DNA of 64,000 bases from Thermoprotei archaeon (GTDB taxonomy: Archaea; Thermoproteota; Thermoprotei; Thermoproteales; B15-G16). A model generated the notes under the pieces. That model worked only from the letters and a program-made list of their open reading frames with translations, had not been told where the DNA came from and made no database searches. The stretch is taken from contig QMRC01000004.1 in assembly GCA_003649205.1 (NCBI GenBank), positions 32,001 to 96,000 on the forward strand. Direction: 5' to 3'. Positions 1 to 10,623 of the stretch are shown one piece after another; the first letter of the stretch is position 1, and each line of letters starts with the position of its first letter. A program made the translations under genes and the position numbers.

Positions 1-689
1 CACCTCCTAACAACTTCAATACCAATAACCTTACCATCACGAAGCTTAATCACCCTATCACAGAACCTAATTAGCTCAAGGTTGTGAGTAACCATGACAA
101 TGGTCTTACCGAGATCATCACACAACCTCCTAAACAACGAAACAACAATCTCAGTATTCTTAACATCGAGATTACCAGTAGGCTCATCAGCGAGAATAAT
201 GGGGGGATCATTCATGAGGGCTCTAGCAATAGCAACTCTCTGTTGCTCACCAGAAGACAATTCAGTAGCTCTCTTATGAGCCTTATCACCAAGACCAACG
301 ATCTCAAGAAGCTTGAGAGCACGTTCCCTCCTAATACGTCTAGGTACACCGGCAATAGCAGCAGGTAACTCGACATTCTCAACAACAGAGAGGTAAGGAA
401 CTAGGTTAAAGGTCTGAAATACAAAACCAATAGTCCTATTCCTAAACACACTCAACTCCTTAGAGCTAAGTCTAGGAACCTCAACACCAGCAACGTAAAC
501 AGTACCCTTCGTAGGCTTATCAAGACCACCAATGATATTCAGGAGAGTAGTCTTACCAGAACCGGAAGGGCCAACAACAGCAACAAACTCACCCTCATCA
601 ACCGAGAAACTAACACCCTTAAGAGCAGGGTACTCAAAGCGACCAGATCTATAGATCTTCCAAACATCCTCAACCACTATAATGGGCAT
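1..689 (-). CDS. ABC transporter ATP-binding protein (LolD/MacB-like), 3' end beyond window
   Basis: Minus-strand reading from ATG at 689: MPIIVVEDVWKIYRSG..., Walker [31 protein letters not shown]; open to window edge. Not in ORF track. Confidence 0.88.
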   Translation of the reverse strand, partial: MPIIVVEDVWKIYRSGRFEYPALKGVSFSVDEGEFVAVVGPSGSGKTTLLNIIGGLDKPTKGTVYVAGVEVPRLSSKELSVFRNRTIGFVFQTFNLVPYLSVVENVELPAAIAGVPRRIRRERALKLLEIVGLGDKAHKRATELSSGEQQRVAIARALMNDPPIILADEPTGNLDVKNTEIVVSLFRRLCDDLGKTIVMVTHNLELIRFCDRVIKLRDGKVIGIEVVRR

Positions 690-803
690 AGAGACCGAAG
701 TTAGTCAAGACTCGTGAGGAATTATAAGTTTTGCGAACCTCAGGTACATACACGTAACACAAAACCAGTATGTGCAATACACCACAGGTAAACTATTTAA
801 ATT

Positions 804-837
804 GTAGTACAGAATTCTGATGCAGACGTAGTACAGA
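804..837. promoter_or_regulatory. Putative antitoxin operator, direct repeats GTAGTACAGA
   Basis: Two exact 10-mers at 804-813 and 828-837 between a TATA-like TATTTAAA and the antitoxin start. Confidence 0.45.
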
Positions 838-838
838 G

Positions 839-1078
839 GTGATAAGTATCAGTACTACAGTATCCTTCCGTATACCTAGGGAGCTAAAGAGGAGAATGGA
901 CGCTCTAAGCAATGTAGTTAACTGGAGCGAGGAAGTTAGGAAGTTCTTGGAGAGACGTGTTAAGGAGTTAGAGCAGCTTAAAGCTATTGAAGAACTCGAG
1001 AACTTGATCAAGAGGCTACCGAAGTTACCGAAGGGTACTGCTACCAGATACGTGAGGGTGGATCGTGATAGTTATTGA
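839..1078 (+). CDS. vapB: Ribbon-helix-helix antitoxin (VapB-like)
   Basis: TVSFRIPRELKRRM...VNWSEEVRKFLE RHH pattern; overlaps the PIN gene. Confidence 0.8.
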   Translation: MISISTTVSFRIPRELKRRMDALSNVVNWSEEVRKFLERRVKELEQLKAIEELENLIKRLPKLPKGTATRYVRVDRDSY

Positions 1079-1475
1079 TGCATCAGCACTAGTTAAGTAC
1101 ATCCTACACGAAGAGCATTGGGAAGACATCAGCAAATTCATTAGAGAGAAGAGACCTCTCTACTCAGTTGATCACATAGCTAAGGAAGTTGGTAATGCAC
1201 TGTGGAAACACTACATTCGTGGCATTGTGAATAGAGGTATCGTACTCAAGTTGATGAAGTCCTTCATGAAGCTAGTTCAGACCGAGGTAATAATCCTGGA
1301 ACCTGAGTACAAGTACCTGTACACAGCACTTGAGATAGCTATCGAGCATAAACTTCCCCTCTACGACACACTGTACATAGCTCAAGCAAAGCACTACGGT
1401 GAACTACTTACAAGTGATAAAGAGCAGGCAGAAGTAGCTAAGGGACTAGGAATTGAGGTCTACCTCGTAACGTAG
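1065..1475 (+). CDS. vapC: PIN-domain toxin (VapC)
   Basis: MIVIDASALVK, EVGNALWK, YDTLYIAQA, LLTSD. Confidence 0.9.
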   Translation: MIVIDASALVKYILHEEHWEDISKFIREKRPLYSVDHIAKEVGNALWKHYIRGIVNRGIVLKLMKSFMKLVQTEVIILEPEYKYLYTALEIAIEHKLPLYDTLYIAQAKHYGELLTSDKEQAEVAKGLGIEVYLVT

Positions 1476-1611
1476 CATACATTTAATCAAATACATAAAC
1501 AATAACATTGCTGAGAGGTGTATTGCTCAATAGATAGTTGAATCACACAAATGAAATGATGGGGAAACCTTAAAATCACACCTAAGACTTGTGAGAACTC
1601 GGTGAACTTAC

Positions 1612-2406
1612 GTGAGAGAAGTACTCGAGATGTGGAAGTACTCGAGGATGATTGCTAGCTTCGTCCTAGCTGCTGCAGTCTACGCAGTAGTTCTCTGGGT
1701 CTTCGCACCACTGTGGATAATACCAGGTGTAACAGGTATCAGAATAGCAAACATACTGCCACCAGTCTTCAGCCTGCTCTTTGGACCAGCAGCTGCTTGG
1801 GGTATAGCCGTTGGTAACCTCATAGGTTACGATATTCTTGGTGGAGCACTTACCATAGGTAGCATAGGTGGCTTCATAGGTAACTTCCTACTTGGCTACA
1901 TGCCGTACAAGATATGGCACAGAATGTTCAGAGAACCACCACACTGCAGAACACTATCTAGCGTACTGAAGTTTGAGTTCGTAACGCTAATTCACGCAGC
2001 AGTATGCGCACACGTGATATCACTTTGGTGTGAAGCAGTTGGGTTCGTGCCATACACACCGCTAGCCTTCATAATATTCACGAACGACTTCTTAGCACCA
2101 GCCATAGCAGGTCCAATACTCATGGCACTGCTCTACGATAGAGTTAGGAGAGCAGGGTGGCTCTGGACTGACGTCATGAAGGGCTACGAGTACTTACCAA
2201 CAACGGTGAAGAAGAGGTGGGTCATCGGCACAATACTCGTAACCATAGGCTCAGTCATCGGTCTCGTAGCAACGATAGGTGTTGGTCTAGGACTAGGACA
2301 GCCACTATTCTTTGGACCTGGACTAAAGTTCATCGGTACACCACTGGTAGCAACAGGTCTAGTATTCCTCATCATATGGATCATAGGCGTTGCACTTCTC
2401 GAGTAA
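1612..2406 (+). CDS. ECF transporter substrate-specific S component (QueT-like)
   Basis: Multi-TM protein with LLFGPAAAWGIAVGNLI; precedes ECF ATPase and T genes. Confidence 0.75.
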   Translation: MREVLEMWKYSRMIASFVLAAAVYAVVLWVFAPLWIIPGVTGIRIANILPPVFSLLFGPAAAWGIAVGNLIGYDILGGALTIGSIGGFIGNFLLGYMPYKIWHRMFREPPHCRTLSSVLKFEFVTLIHAAVCAHVISLWCEAVGFVPYTPLAFIIFTNDFLAPAIAGPILMALLYDRVRRAGWLWTDVMKGYEYLPTTVKKRWVIGTILVTIGSVIGLVATIGVGLGLGQPLFFGPGLKFIGTPLVATGLVFLIIWIIGVALLE

Positions 2407-2478
2407 GGTGAAGTACTTTTCACTAACCTCACTACCTTTTTCTCCCCCACAAGCTCTGATTAACTACGTGAAGTAGCT

Positions 2479-4155
2479 ATGTCAACACTCATAGAGCTAG
2501 ATGATGTCTGGGTCAGGTACAGAATGGCTAGAGATTACGCACTTAGAGGTATATCGCTCAAGATTAGAGAAGGTGATGTAGTCGGTATCATAGGACCTAC
2601 AGGAGCAGGTAAGTCAACACTCGCTAAGGTCATGTGCGGTATAGTACCCAACCTAGAGCCCTGTGATGAATTTCGAGGCTACGTATCGGTCTGTGGCCTA
2701 GATACGAGAGAAGTCCCCGTAGGCATAATCTGCAGGAGGTGCGCAATGGTGTTTCAAGACTACGAAGCACAGCTCTTCAGGACATCTGTCGAGCTTGAGG
2801 TAGCCTTCGGGCCTGAGAACCTAGGACTTGAACCAAGTGAAATCGAGAGGAGGGTTAAGTGGGCTCTAGAGCTAACAGGTCTAGTAGGTCTCGAACGCAG
2901 GTACACCTACGCCTTAAGTGGTGGACAGAAGCAGAGACTCGCAATAGCATCAGTACTCAGCCTCCAACCAGATGTCCTGGTACTAGATGAAGCAACCAGC
3001 GACCTAGATCCGAGAGGTAAGCTAGAGCTATTTCAGGTGATCAAGAAGTTAATTGAAGCAAGAATAATTAAGGCAGCTGTGATAATAGACCATCACCTCG
3101 ATAAGCTAGCACAGCTAGCAAATAGAATAGTGGTTCTCAAAAATGGTGAGGTAATAGATGAGGGAACCCCAAGAGAAGTACTGACCAAGGTAGAGCTACT
3201 GAAATCACTTAAGTTAGAACCACCTCAAGTAACTGAACTCTTTCACAGACTAGGTCACACAAGAGATAAGCTACCACTCACCATAGATGAAGCTCTAGAG
3301 CATACCAAGAACCTCAGAGCTAGAAAACCAGAGAGGACAGAGGTGTCTAAAGTAGATAAGGTACTATCCCTAAGAGATATCTGGTTCTACTACGTACCAA
3401 GCGAATGGGTTCTCAAGGGAATCAACCTAGATGTGTACAGAGGTGAGTGCCTAGGCATAATAGGTCAAAACGGTAGCGGTAAGACCACACTAGCAAACAT
3501 CATAATGGGCATACTGAAGCCAATTAAGGGTAGAGTAACCCTACTAGATCAAGACGTAACAGAGAAAGGACCAACAGCAAGAATCGGTATAATAGGTTAC
3601 GTACTACAGAACCCTGACTACCAAATATTCAACAGAACAGTATACGAAGAACTCGCATTCGCACCAAAGCACATGAACTTACCACCAGACGAAGTCGATA
3701 GGAGGGTCAAGCACGTAGCTAAGCTCGTCGGTATAGAGCACTTACTAGATGAAGACCCATTCTTCCTCAGTAAAGCAGATAGACAGAGAGTAGCAGTAGC
3801 ATCAGTACTCACAATGTACCCAAAGATCTTACTACTCGACGAACCAACAACAGGATTAACACCAGGAGAAACTAGAGACCTCATGGACTTAGTAATGAAG
3901 TTAAATAGAGAACTAGGAATGACAGTCATAGTCATCACACACGACATGAACGTAGTTGCTAGGTACTGCACAAGAGTAGTACTCATGAAGAGTGGAGAAA
4001 TAGTAATCGACACAGACACCAGAACACTATTCAAAAACATCGAATTACTGAGACAAAACTACATAGAACCACCACAGATCATAGAGTACACGGTAAGAGC
4101 ACTCGGAGAACCATACCTAACAGTTGACGAACTCATACAGCACCTAGAGAGGTGA
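2479..4155 (+). CDS. ECF transporter fused double ATPase (A-A')
   Basis: Two ABC domains: GPTGAGKST/LSGGQKQR/LDE and GQNGSGKTT/LSKADRQR/LDEP. Confidence 0.9.
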   Translation: MSTLIELDDVWVRYRMARDYALRGISLKIREGDVVGIIGPTGAGKSTLAKVMCGIVPNLEPCDEFRGYVSVCGLDTREVPVGIICRRCAMVFQDYEAQLFRTSVELEVAFGPENLGLEPSEIERRVKWALELTGLVGLERRYTYALSGGQKQRLAIASVLSLQPDVLVLDEATSDLDPRGKLELFQVIKKLIEARIIKAAVIIDHHLDKLAQLANRIVVLKNGEVIDEGTPREVLTKVELLKSLKLEPPQVTELFHRLGHTRDKLPLTIDEALEHTKNLRARKPERTEVSKVDKVLSLRDIWFYYVPSEWVLKGINLDVYRGECLGIIGQNGSGKTTLANIIMGILKPIKGRVTLLDQDVTEKGPTARIGIIGYVLQNPDYQIFNRTVYEELAFAPKHMNLPPDEVDRRVKHVAKLVGIEHLLDEDPFFLSKADRQRVAVASVLTMYPKILLLDEPTTGLTPGETRDLMDLVMKLNRELGMTVIVITHDMNVVARYCTRVVLMKSGEIVIDTDTRTLFKNIELLRQNYIEPPQIIEYTVRALGEPYLTVDELIQHLER

Positions 4156-4159
4156 AGTA

Positions 4160-4954
4160 ATGAAGTTCGTACTGTACGTAGATGCCAACTCACCAATACA
4201 CAGACTAGACCCAAGAACAAAACTCTACTGGGTACTCTGCGTCTTCATATGGTCAATGACCTTCAACCACCCACTCTACACAGCAGCAATACTAGGAATC
4301 GTACTAGCAACACTACTGATGAGCAGAGCAATTAAAGGAGTGAAATTCGCAACAATACCACTGACAATACTCATAGCAATGTGCATCGTACTGTGGCCAC
4401 TCTTCAGAAGAGAAGGAACAACCGTACTACTCTCCCTAGGACCACTAAACATATACTACGAATCACTACTCTACGCAGTAGCTGTTGGATTTAGACTAAC
4501 AGCAATGGTCCTAGCAGGACTCACACTACTCGTAACAACCAGAATAGAGGAACTAGAAGCAGCACTAGTCAAGCTCAAGCTACCCTACCCAATAGCATTT
4601 GGAGTATCAGCAGTATTCAGATTCATACCAACACTCATGGGAGATGCACACATGGTAATAGCAGCACAGAGAGCAAGAGGAGTAGACCCCTTGAGAGGTA
4701 GCTTAGTAACCAAGATCAAGAACTCAGCATTGATAGTAGCGCCGATATTCATGACATCAATGAGAAGACTATCAACACTACCACTAGCAATGGAATCAAG
4801 AGGATACACACCAACAGCAAAGAGAACATACCTCATACAACTCAAGATGAGACCAGTAGACTACATCTACATAGCACTCTCCACAGCACTAACAGCAACC
4901 TTCATCTACATGAGACTAAACGGAATAGGAGTCATATACCCACACTACATCTAA
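4160..4954 (+). CDS. ECF transporter T component (CbiQ/EcfT)
   Basis: SPIHRLDPRTK, AQRARG and AMESRG motifs. Confidence 0.9.
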   Translation: MKFVLYVDANSPIHRLDPRTKLYWVLCVFIWSMTFNHPLYTAAILGIVLATLLMSRAIKGVKFATIPLTILIAMCIVLWPLFRREGTTVLLSLGPLNIYYESLLYAVAVGFRLTAMVLAGLTLLVTTRIEELEAALVKLKLPYPIAFGVSAVFRFIPTLMGDAHMVIAAQRARGVDPLRGSLVTKIKNSALIVAPIFMTSMRRLSTLPLAMESRGYTPTAKRTYLIQLKMRPVDYIYIALSTALTATFIYMRLNGIGVIYPHYI

Positions 4955-5275
4955 GAAAACACAAACAAACTCAAAACCTCCTCAACAACACACTCAATCC
5001 ACTACCAACTCCCCCTTCCCAAAAGACAACACATAGATAGATACCCCAACTACGTAGAGTATAGTGAACACGATAACCTACATAGAGCTACCACACACAT
5101 AACACATGTATAGAGAAGCGACGAAACAATAGAACTGTACACTGTATACACGTTAAACACCTCAAACCACAGTTCAAGACAGGCTGCAATGTAGAGTATA
5201 CGTAGTTAAATAATTTGAACTAATCAAATGTATATAAACCATTCACTCAATATAAAGACCACAGAGGTTGGGAAT

Positions 5276-5812
5276 ATGAGGAGAAGTAGGAAAGGTATGA
5301 CCGCAATACAAGCAATTGTAATCGCAGTAGTAGCAATCGTAATTGCAGGAGTAGCAGCATTCGTAATCTGGAGAATGACAGCAGCTGCAGCAGCGCAATT
5401 CAAGCCAGAGGTACTGGAGAGCAAGGCAGTATATGATGAAAGTGATGGATCACAGGCAATCTATATTGTGCTTAGAAATGGAGGTACGAAACGCGTAAGG
5501 CTCATAGCGGTTGATGTTGTGACATCTGGTGGTAAGAAAACTGCCCCACCATCTGGTGGAGCTGCAGCAATAGAACCGGGATTAACGTATGTGATAAAGA
5601 TAAATCCTGCTTCACTGGGCATTGCAATGACACCAGCAGAAACAGTAACTGTTAACTTAAGGTTTGATGACGGCACAACAGTACCAGTTAGTATAGAGAG
5701 CGAAAGTGGTTCTATAAGCGATACCGAATCGTACATAGCTTCGGCCTTCTACGGTCAGGACAGTATACCTACCAATTACCTAATTATAGTGGGTGGGACA
5801 ACTGGTGTATAG
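5276..5812 (+). CDS. Type IV pilin-like protein (probable major pilin)
   Basis: Class III signal MRRSRKG|MTAIQ plus hydrophobic helix. Start moved to ATG 5276, downstream of TATA-like TATATAAA (~5231). Confidence 0.8.
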   Translation: MRRSRKGMTAIQAIVIAVVAIVIAGVAAFVIWRMTAAAAAQFKPEVLESKAVYDESDGSQAIYIVLRNGGTKRVRLIAVDVVTSGGKKTAPPSGGAAAIEPGLTYVIKINPASLGIAMTPAETVTVNLRFDDGTTVPVSIESESGSISDTESYIASAFYGQDSIPTNYLIIVGGTTGV

Positions 5813-5835
5813 TATTATATAGTGGGGTAACAAAC

Positions 5836-7623
5836 TTGCTCCGTAGTAGTGTTTTTTTCAAAGTTCATCAATTTATATCTAACTTCCTAAACTCACATCC
5901 TGAAGTTAGCAGTAAACTTAATGATCTATTGCTTAGGGCTGGTATTCACATTCCTGCCGATGTCTATGTGTCCAATGCAGTTATTTCTTCAATGCTCACG
6001 TTCCTTGGATCTATGGCCCTTAGTATATTGCTTCTTACACTAATGAACTTACCTCCTAGCTTCACTATACTGTTCATATTTCCGGTACCTGTAATAACTT
6101 TCCTTTTCTTCCTATTCGTTATTCCACTTGTGAAAGCTAGTTCCATTAGGTCGAGACTTGATGTTGAGCTTCCTTTCTTTACTGCTTTTCTTTCTATGGT
6201 TGTTGCTAGTGGTGTTTCTATTGCTAGGGGTATTCACTATGTTGTTAAGAGACCTATCTTTGCTGAAACGAGTAGGTTCCTTAGGCAAATCTACATTAGG
6301 TTTATGTTCTATGGTAGGTCTGTTTTTGATGCTATTACTGAGGTTTGTAGGTTTATTCCTCATGAGAGGTTGAGGGCTATACTGAGTGGTTATGTTACGA
6401 CTGTTCTCACGGGTGGTGATGTTGTTCACTACATGGATCTCGTGACTAGGGATGTCATTAACTATAGATCGGCTACTGTTCGTTCAACGGTTAGCTTCGT
6501 TATTAACTTCATTACTGGTTTGACTGTTGGTGTTTTGATGATAATTGTCATGCTTGAGATTGTTGCTTATCTACCTGTCTTGGGTGTTGGTATTCAGGTT
6601 CTATCTCCTGAGGAGCTTGATGTGGTTTTCATGCTTCTCATGTTCTCTCCACTTCTCTTCATTGTCTTTGGGGCAACTACTCGTGGTATATACTCTGGAT
6701 CCATGAAGTATAGGGGGAGGCACTTCGTGTATGTAGCTGCGTTGTTTGGTATTGGTTGTCTCTGTGGTCTTGCTCTCTACCACTTACTACCTAGTGAGGT
6801 CGCTATTCAGCTTGGTTCTGTGTCTTCTGTTGTTAAGAAGGATCTATCTGTTCTCGTTATGTTGGTTATTCTCTGTGGTTGTCTTGCTGCTGGTGCTTGG
6901 TATGATCGTATTTATCGTGAGAGGATTAGTCTTGAGCGTGGTTTTGTAAGGTTTCTCGTGGATCTTGCTGAAGCTAGGAAGACTGGTCTCTCTGTTGAGA
7001 GGTGTTTTGAGTTGCTTGCTGAGAGGGATTACGGTGCTTTTACGAAGATTCTTCGTGATGCTGCTAGGCAGCTTAGGTTGGGTGTTTGGATTGGTAGGAT
7101 AGTGGATATGGTTGTGTCTAGGAGTACGTCGACTCTCGTGGATACCTACATGAGGTTGCTCATGTCTAGTATTGAGTTTGGTGGTGGTCATGTTAAGTCT
7201 CTTGAGTCGTTAGCTACCTTCGCAACTACTATGATGGGTATTGAGGATGAAGCTCGTAGGTCAGCTAAGCAGATTCTCATTATTGCGCTTATGGCTGTTG
7301 TCACCCTGCTCATTACTGTGATCTTCATGAATATCCTGTCTGTTGGTACTATTCAGTTCGTATCGTCTCCTGTCGCTGCTGGTGCTGGTGGTTACACATT
7401 TTCTGTCTCTAAGGAGCATCTAGCTATGTTGTCTGAGTTGAATTCACGTATCATCCTATTCGTCATACTGTGTTCAATTGCTCTCGGTTTCTTAGCTGGT
7501 AGGGTGTGTTACGGTGATGTTCTTCAGTCCTTTAGGGCTATTGCTCTGTTGTCTGCTGTCTCGCTTGTGCTGTATGTATTCTCTCCTGTTGTTCAGAGTA
7601 TTGTGCTTGGTATTGGTGGTTGA
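5836..7623 (+). CDS. Type IV pilus membrane platform protein (TadC/ArlJ-like)
   Basis: Multi-TM with two T2SSF-like repeats (LDVELPFF..., FLVDLAEARKTGLS...RDYG). Confidence 0.85.
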   Translation: MLRSSVFFKVHQFISNFLNSHPEVSSKLNDLLLRAGIHIPADVYVSNAVISSMLTFLGSMALSILLLTLMNLPPSFTILFIFPVPVITFLFFLFVIPLVKASSIRSRLDVELPFFTAFLSMVVASGVSIARGIHYVVKRPIFAETSRFLRQIYIRFMFYGRSVFDAITEVCRFIPHERLRAILSGYVTTVLTGGDVVHYMDLVTRDVINYRSATVRSTVSFVINFITGLTVGVLMIIVMLEIVAYLPVLGVGIQVLSPEELDVVFMLLMFSPLLFIVFGATTRGIYSGSMKYRGRHFVYVAALFGIGCLCGLALYHLLPSEVAIQLGSVSSVVKKDLSVLVMLVILCGCLAAGAWYDRIYRERISLERGFVRFLVDLAEARKTGLSVERCFELLAERDYGAFTKILRDAARQLRLGVWIGRIVDMVVSRSTSTLVDTYMRLLMSSIEFGGGHVKSLESLATFATTMMGIEDEARRSAKQILIIALMAVVTLLITVIFMNILSVGTIQFVSSPVAAGAGGYTFSVSKEHLAMLSELNSRIILFVILCSIALGFLAGRVCYGDVLQSFRAIALLSAVSLVLYVFSPVVQSIVLGIGG

Positions 7624-8036
7624 GAATGAGTATGGATGTTAGGTTTTTCTCGAGTTTTCAGGAAGCTTTGGAATTCTTTGAGCGTGAGCGTGAGAGGTTA
7701 CGGTCTAGGCTTGAGGAGCTTAGGGTTGTTGTTAAGGAGTTTGAGGAGCTTCGTAGTAATCCAATCTATGAGGAGGTTGAGGAGCGTGTTCAGGAGTTTG
7801 AGAGTGTCTTTGGTAAGATTCGTATAGTGATTTCTGAGCCATTGTCGAAGTTATTGGAGAGGCTTCACTCTATCTTAAGTGATCTCGAGGTTGCTGTTAA
7901 GAATCTCGATGAGACGATCAGTACTCTCCGTAAGGCTCTCGATCAAGATCCATCCCTTAAGAATGTTAAGGGGACAGTGATTGTTGTTCTTGAGAATTAC
8001 CTAGCTAAGAGGGTTATTGTCGTGCTTGCTCCTTAG
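7620..8036 (+). CDS. Coiled-coil protein of pilus locus
   Basis: Helix, short beta segment, helix; coupled to neighbours. Confidence 0.7.
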   Translation: MRMSMDVRFFSSFQEALEFFERERERLRSRLEELRVVVKEFEELRSNPIYEEVEERVQEFESVFGKIRIVISEPLSKLLERLHSILSDLEVAVKNLDETISTLRKALDQDPSLKNVKGTVIVVLENYLAKRVIVVLAP

Positions 8037-8046
8037 GGGTGAGTGC

Positions 8047-9033
8047 ATGCTGAGTACTCCGCTAGATGTCTCGTGGTTTATTAAGTTACTTGTCGTGTGC
8101 GTATCTGAGTACAGTCTGTACTTAACTCTCGCATCCTTAGTAGTGGGTGTAGTTCTTGTTGTTCTTGATAGGGTGTCTATTGGTGTTGCTATACCTACTT
8201 CACTTGTCGTGCTGGGAGCTACTCTACATCTACTGTATCCAGGTGATGTTCCTCTTAACTCACTTATCAACTATCTCTTTGCTCTTCTCTTGACGATTAC
8301 GGTGCTTGTTTGCTATGATCTCTTGAGGTTGATTATGGAATCTAGGTCTAGTGTCTCGGAAGAGGGTTCTAAGGAAGTACCTACGGAGAGACGTGGGTTT
8401 AAGGTACGTATTCTCGGTCGGAGAGTGAAGGAGGTTAAGCACGTAGTTCCTTCTGAGAAGCTTGATTCAGTGATTAAGGAGGTGTTACCTACTCTTAGGC
8501 CTCTAGCTTCGTCTCTTATACCTGTATCAACTTCATCGCTTGAGTCTTCAACTAGGAGCTTATCCGCTAGTGGGGATGTTAGGGGGAGATTGAGTAGGGT
8601 ATTGTCTCTTGTTAGGGGGAGGTGTATGTGTGTTATTCTTGGTCGTGGATTAGAGGATTTTGCTGAGAAGCTTCGTGAGTTTGAGACTTACCTCAAGTTC
8701 GAGATTTCACGTCTTAGGGCTAAGAGGTTGCAGGTAGAGAACTTGCTTAGGTTGGTGTCTCGTGGTGTTAAGGCTTCTCACGTGATCAAGAGGTTTAGTG
8801 TTGGTGGTTGTAGTTTTGAAGTTCTTGATTTCTACGATAAGTCTATTCTCGTACTTCTTGAGGATAAGGTACGTAGAGATGTCATCCTCCTTTCTCAGGT
8901 ACGTGAGATCCTCGATGAGCTTGAGAGGGGTTCGCTACAGAACATTATCTCTCGTGATGATTTGTTGATCCTACCAGTACTGTACTCATCGTGTGGTGAT
9001 GTACTTGTTCTACATAAGGTTTCCAGGAGGTGA
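8047..9033 (+). CDS. Membrane-anchored protein with C-terminal coiled-coil domain
   Basis: About 3 N-terminal TM segments; RBS GGGGTGA before ATG 8047. Confidence 0.65.
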   Translation: MLSTPLDVSWFIKLLVVCVSEYSLYLTLASLVVGVVLVVLDRVSIGVAIPTSLVVLGATLHLLYPGDVPLNSLINYLFALLLTITVLVCYDLLRLIMESRSSVSEEGSKEVPTERRGFKVRILGRRVKEVKHVVPSEKLDSVIKEVLPTLRPLASSLIPVSTSSLESSTRSLSASGDVRGRLSRVLSLVRGRCMCVILGRGLEDFAEKLREFETYLKFEISRLRAKRLQVENLLRLVSRGVKASHVIKRFSVGGCSFEVLDFYDKSILVLLEDKVRRDVILLSQVREILDELERGSLQNIISRDDLLILPVLYSSCGDVLVLHKVSRR

Positions 9034-9039
9034 TTATGG

Positions 9040-10623
9040 GTGAGGTTATTTAAGCTACGTCGTGGTGAGAAGGCGGTTCAGGAGCAAGTTTCAGAATCGG
9101 AGACTACGTACATTACGACGTACCCCGGTATTAGGATAATCCCATTTACTGAGGAGTACAGGGTTATTGAGAGGTATCCACTGATTGAGCCATTTGCGTA
9201 TGCTGTTATTGGTGAACACCTTGAGACAGGTAACTACCTGTACTTCGTTGATGAACCATCGCTCACAGGTAGAGCGTATAGAGTCTACAAGACGCTTCTA
9301 GACTACCTACTCATTGAGGTACCTGAGATCAAGGTGGAGGCTGTTAGTAGCTATAGGGAATTACTTGAGGAGATGTATGTCCATGTAGAGAACATAATTC
9401 GTAAGTACAAGCTAGTTATTGGTGAGTTATCTGACTGGGAGTGGGCTACGGTACTGTACTACATAATTCGCGACTTAATTGGTTACGGACCTATTGAGCC
9501 GGTTATGAGGGATGACAATATTGAGGATGTATCATGTGATGGTGTTGGTAAGCCAATATATGTATGGCATAGGAAGTACGAGTCACTACCTACGAACATA
9601 GTGTTTGAGAGTGAGGAAGCTCTAGACGAGTTCGTCACGAAGTTAGTCCATAAGAGTGGTAGGTCGGTATCGGTAGCTACACCAATTGTTGATGCTCAGT
9701 TACCGGATGGTTCACGACTCTGTGTTACGTATAAGAGGGAAGTATCTGTGGAAGGTTCTACCTTCACGATACGTAAGTTCAGGAGGAAGCCCTTTACATT
9801 TGTTGAGTTGATTCAGTATGGTTCAATCTCGCCAGAGATCGCTGCTTACTTCTGGCTCTTGCTGGAGCATAAGAGGTCTTTCTTAGTGATTGGTGTTACA
9901 GGTTCAGGTAAGACGACTCTACTAAATGCTCTAGCAACCTTCATACCACCCTACATGAAGATCATAACTGTTGAGGAGGTTCCTGAGATTAATTTACCTC
10001 ATGAGCACTGGGTTAGGTTGGTATCTAGATCTGCATTTGCTGCATCGGGTGAGAAGGTTGCTGAGATCACACTCTTTGACCTCGTTAAGGCTACATTACG
10101 AATGAGACCTGACTACATTATCGTAGGTGAGATTCGTGGTGAAGAAGCGTTCGTACTATTTCAAGCAACATCGACAGGACATGGAGGTATAAGCACGATG
10201 CACGCAGAGGACTTTCACAGTGCTGTTCGTAGGTTAGAGTCACCGCCAATGAACATACCACCACACTACATACCGACAATGAACGTCATGCTACATATAA
10301 AGAGAATTAAGCTAGGTGATAGAACAGTTAGGAGAGTTGTCGAGGTTGCTGAGGTCATTAGCGATAGAGAGTTCAACACCGTCTTCAAGTGGAACCCAAG
10401 AACTGATGAACATACGTCATTCATAGAGAAATCAAAATTACTGAGAGACATATGTGAGGAGACCGGATACGATTTCACTGAGTTACTGACTGAGGTATAC
10501 ACACGTAAAAGAATCATCGATTGGATGGTGAGGAATAACATATCTGACTTCAGTGATGTAGCTAAGGTCGTAACTCAGTTCTACCGTAGGAGAGAGAAAG
10601 TGCTTAAGTTGGTGAAGCTATGA
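9040..10623 (+). CDS. Type IV pilus assembly ATPase (VirB11/ArlI family)
   Basis: GVTGSGKTT, LRMRPDYIIVGEIRG, TGHGGISTMHA. Confidence 0.93.
   Translation: MRLFKLRRGEKAVQEQVSESETTYITTYPGIRIIPFTEEYRVIERYPLIEPFAYAVIGEHLETGNYLYFVDEPSLTGRAYRVYKTLLDYLLIEVPEIKVEAVSSYRELLEEMYVHVENIIRKYKLVIGELSDWEWATVLYYIIRDLIGYGPIEPVMRDDNIEDVSCDGVGKPIYVWHRKYESLPTNIVFESEEALDEFVTKLVHKSGRSVSVATPIVDAQLPDGSRLCVTYKREVSVEGSTFTIRKFRRKPFTFVELIQYGSISPEIAAYFWLLLEHKRSFLVIGVTGSGKTTLLNALATFIPPYMKIITVEEVPEINLPHEHWVRLVSRSAFAASGEKVAEITLFDLVKATLRMRPDYIIVGEIRGEEAFVLFQATSTGHGGISTMHAEDFHSAVRRLESPPMNIPPHYIPTMNVMLHIKRIKLGDRTVRRVVEVAEVISDREFNTVFKWNPRTDEHTSFIEKSKLLRDICEETGYDFTELLTEVYTRKRIIDWMVRNNISDFSDVAKVVTQFYRRREKVLKLVKL

Noticed and set aside
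84-368. Plus-strand ORFs 84-368 and 94-279
   Set aside because: Antisense shadows of the minus-strand ABC ATPase.
5228-5275. Longer N-terminus of the pilin ORF
   Set aside because: Overlaps the TATA-like box; the class III signal fits a start at 5276.
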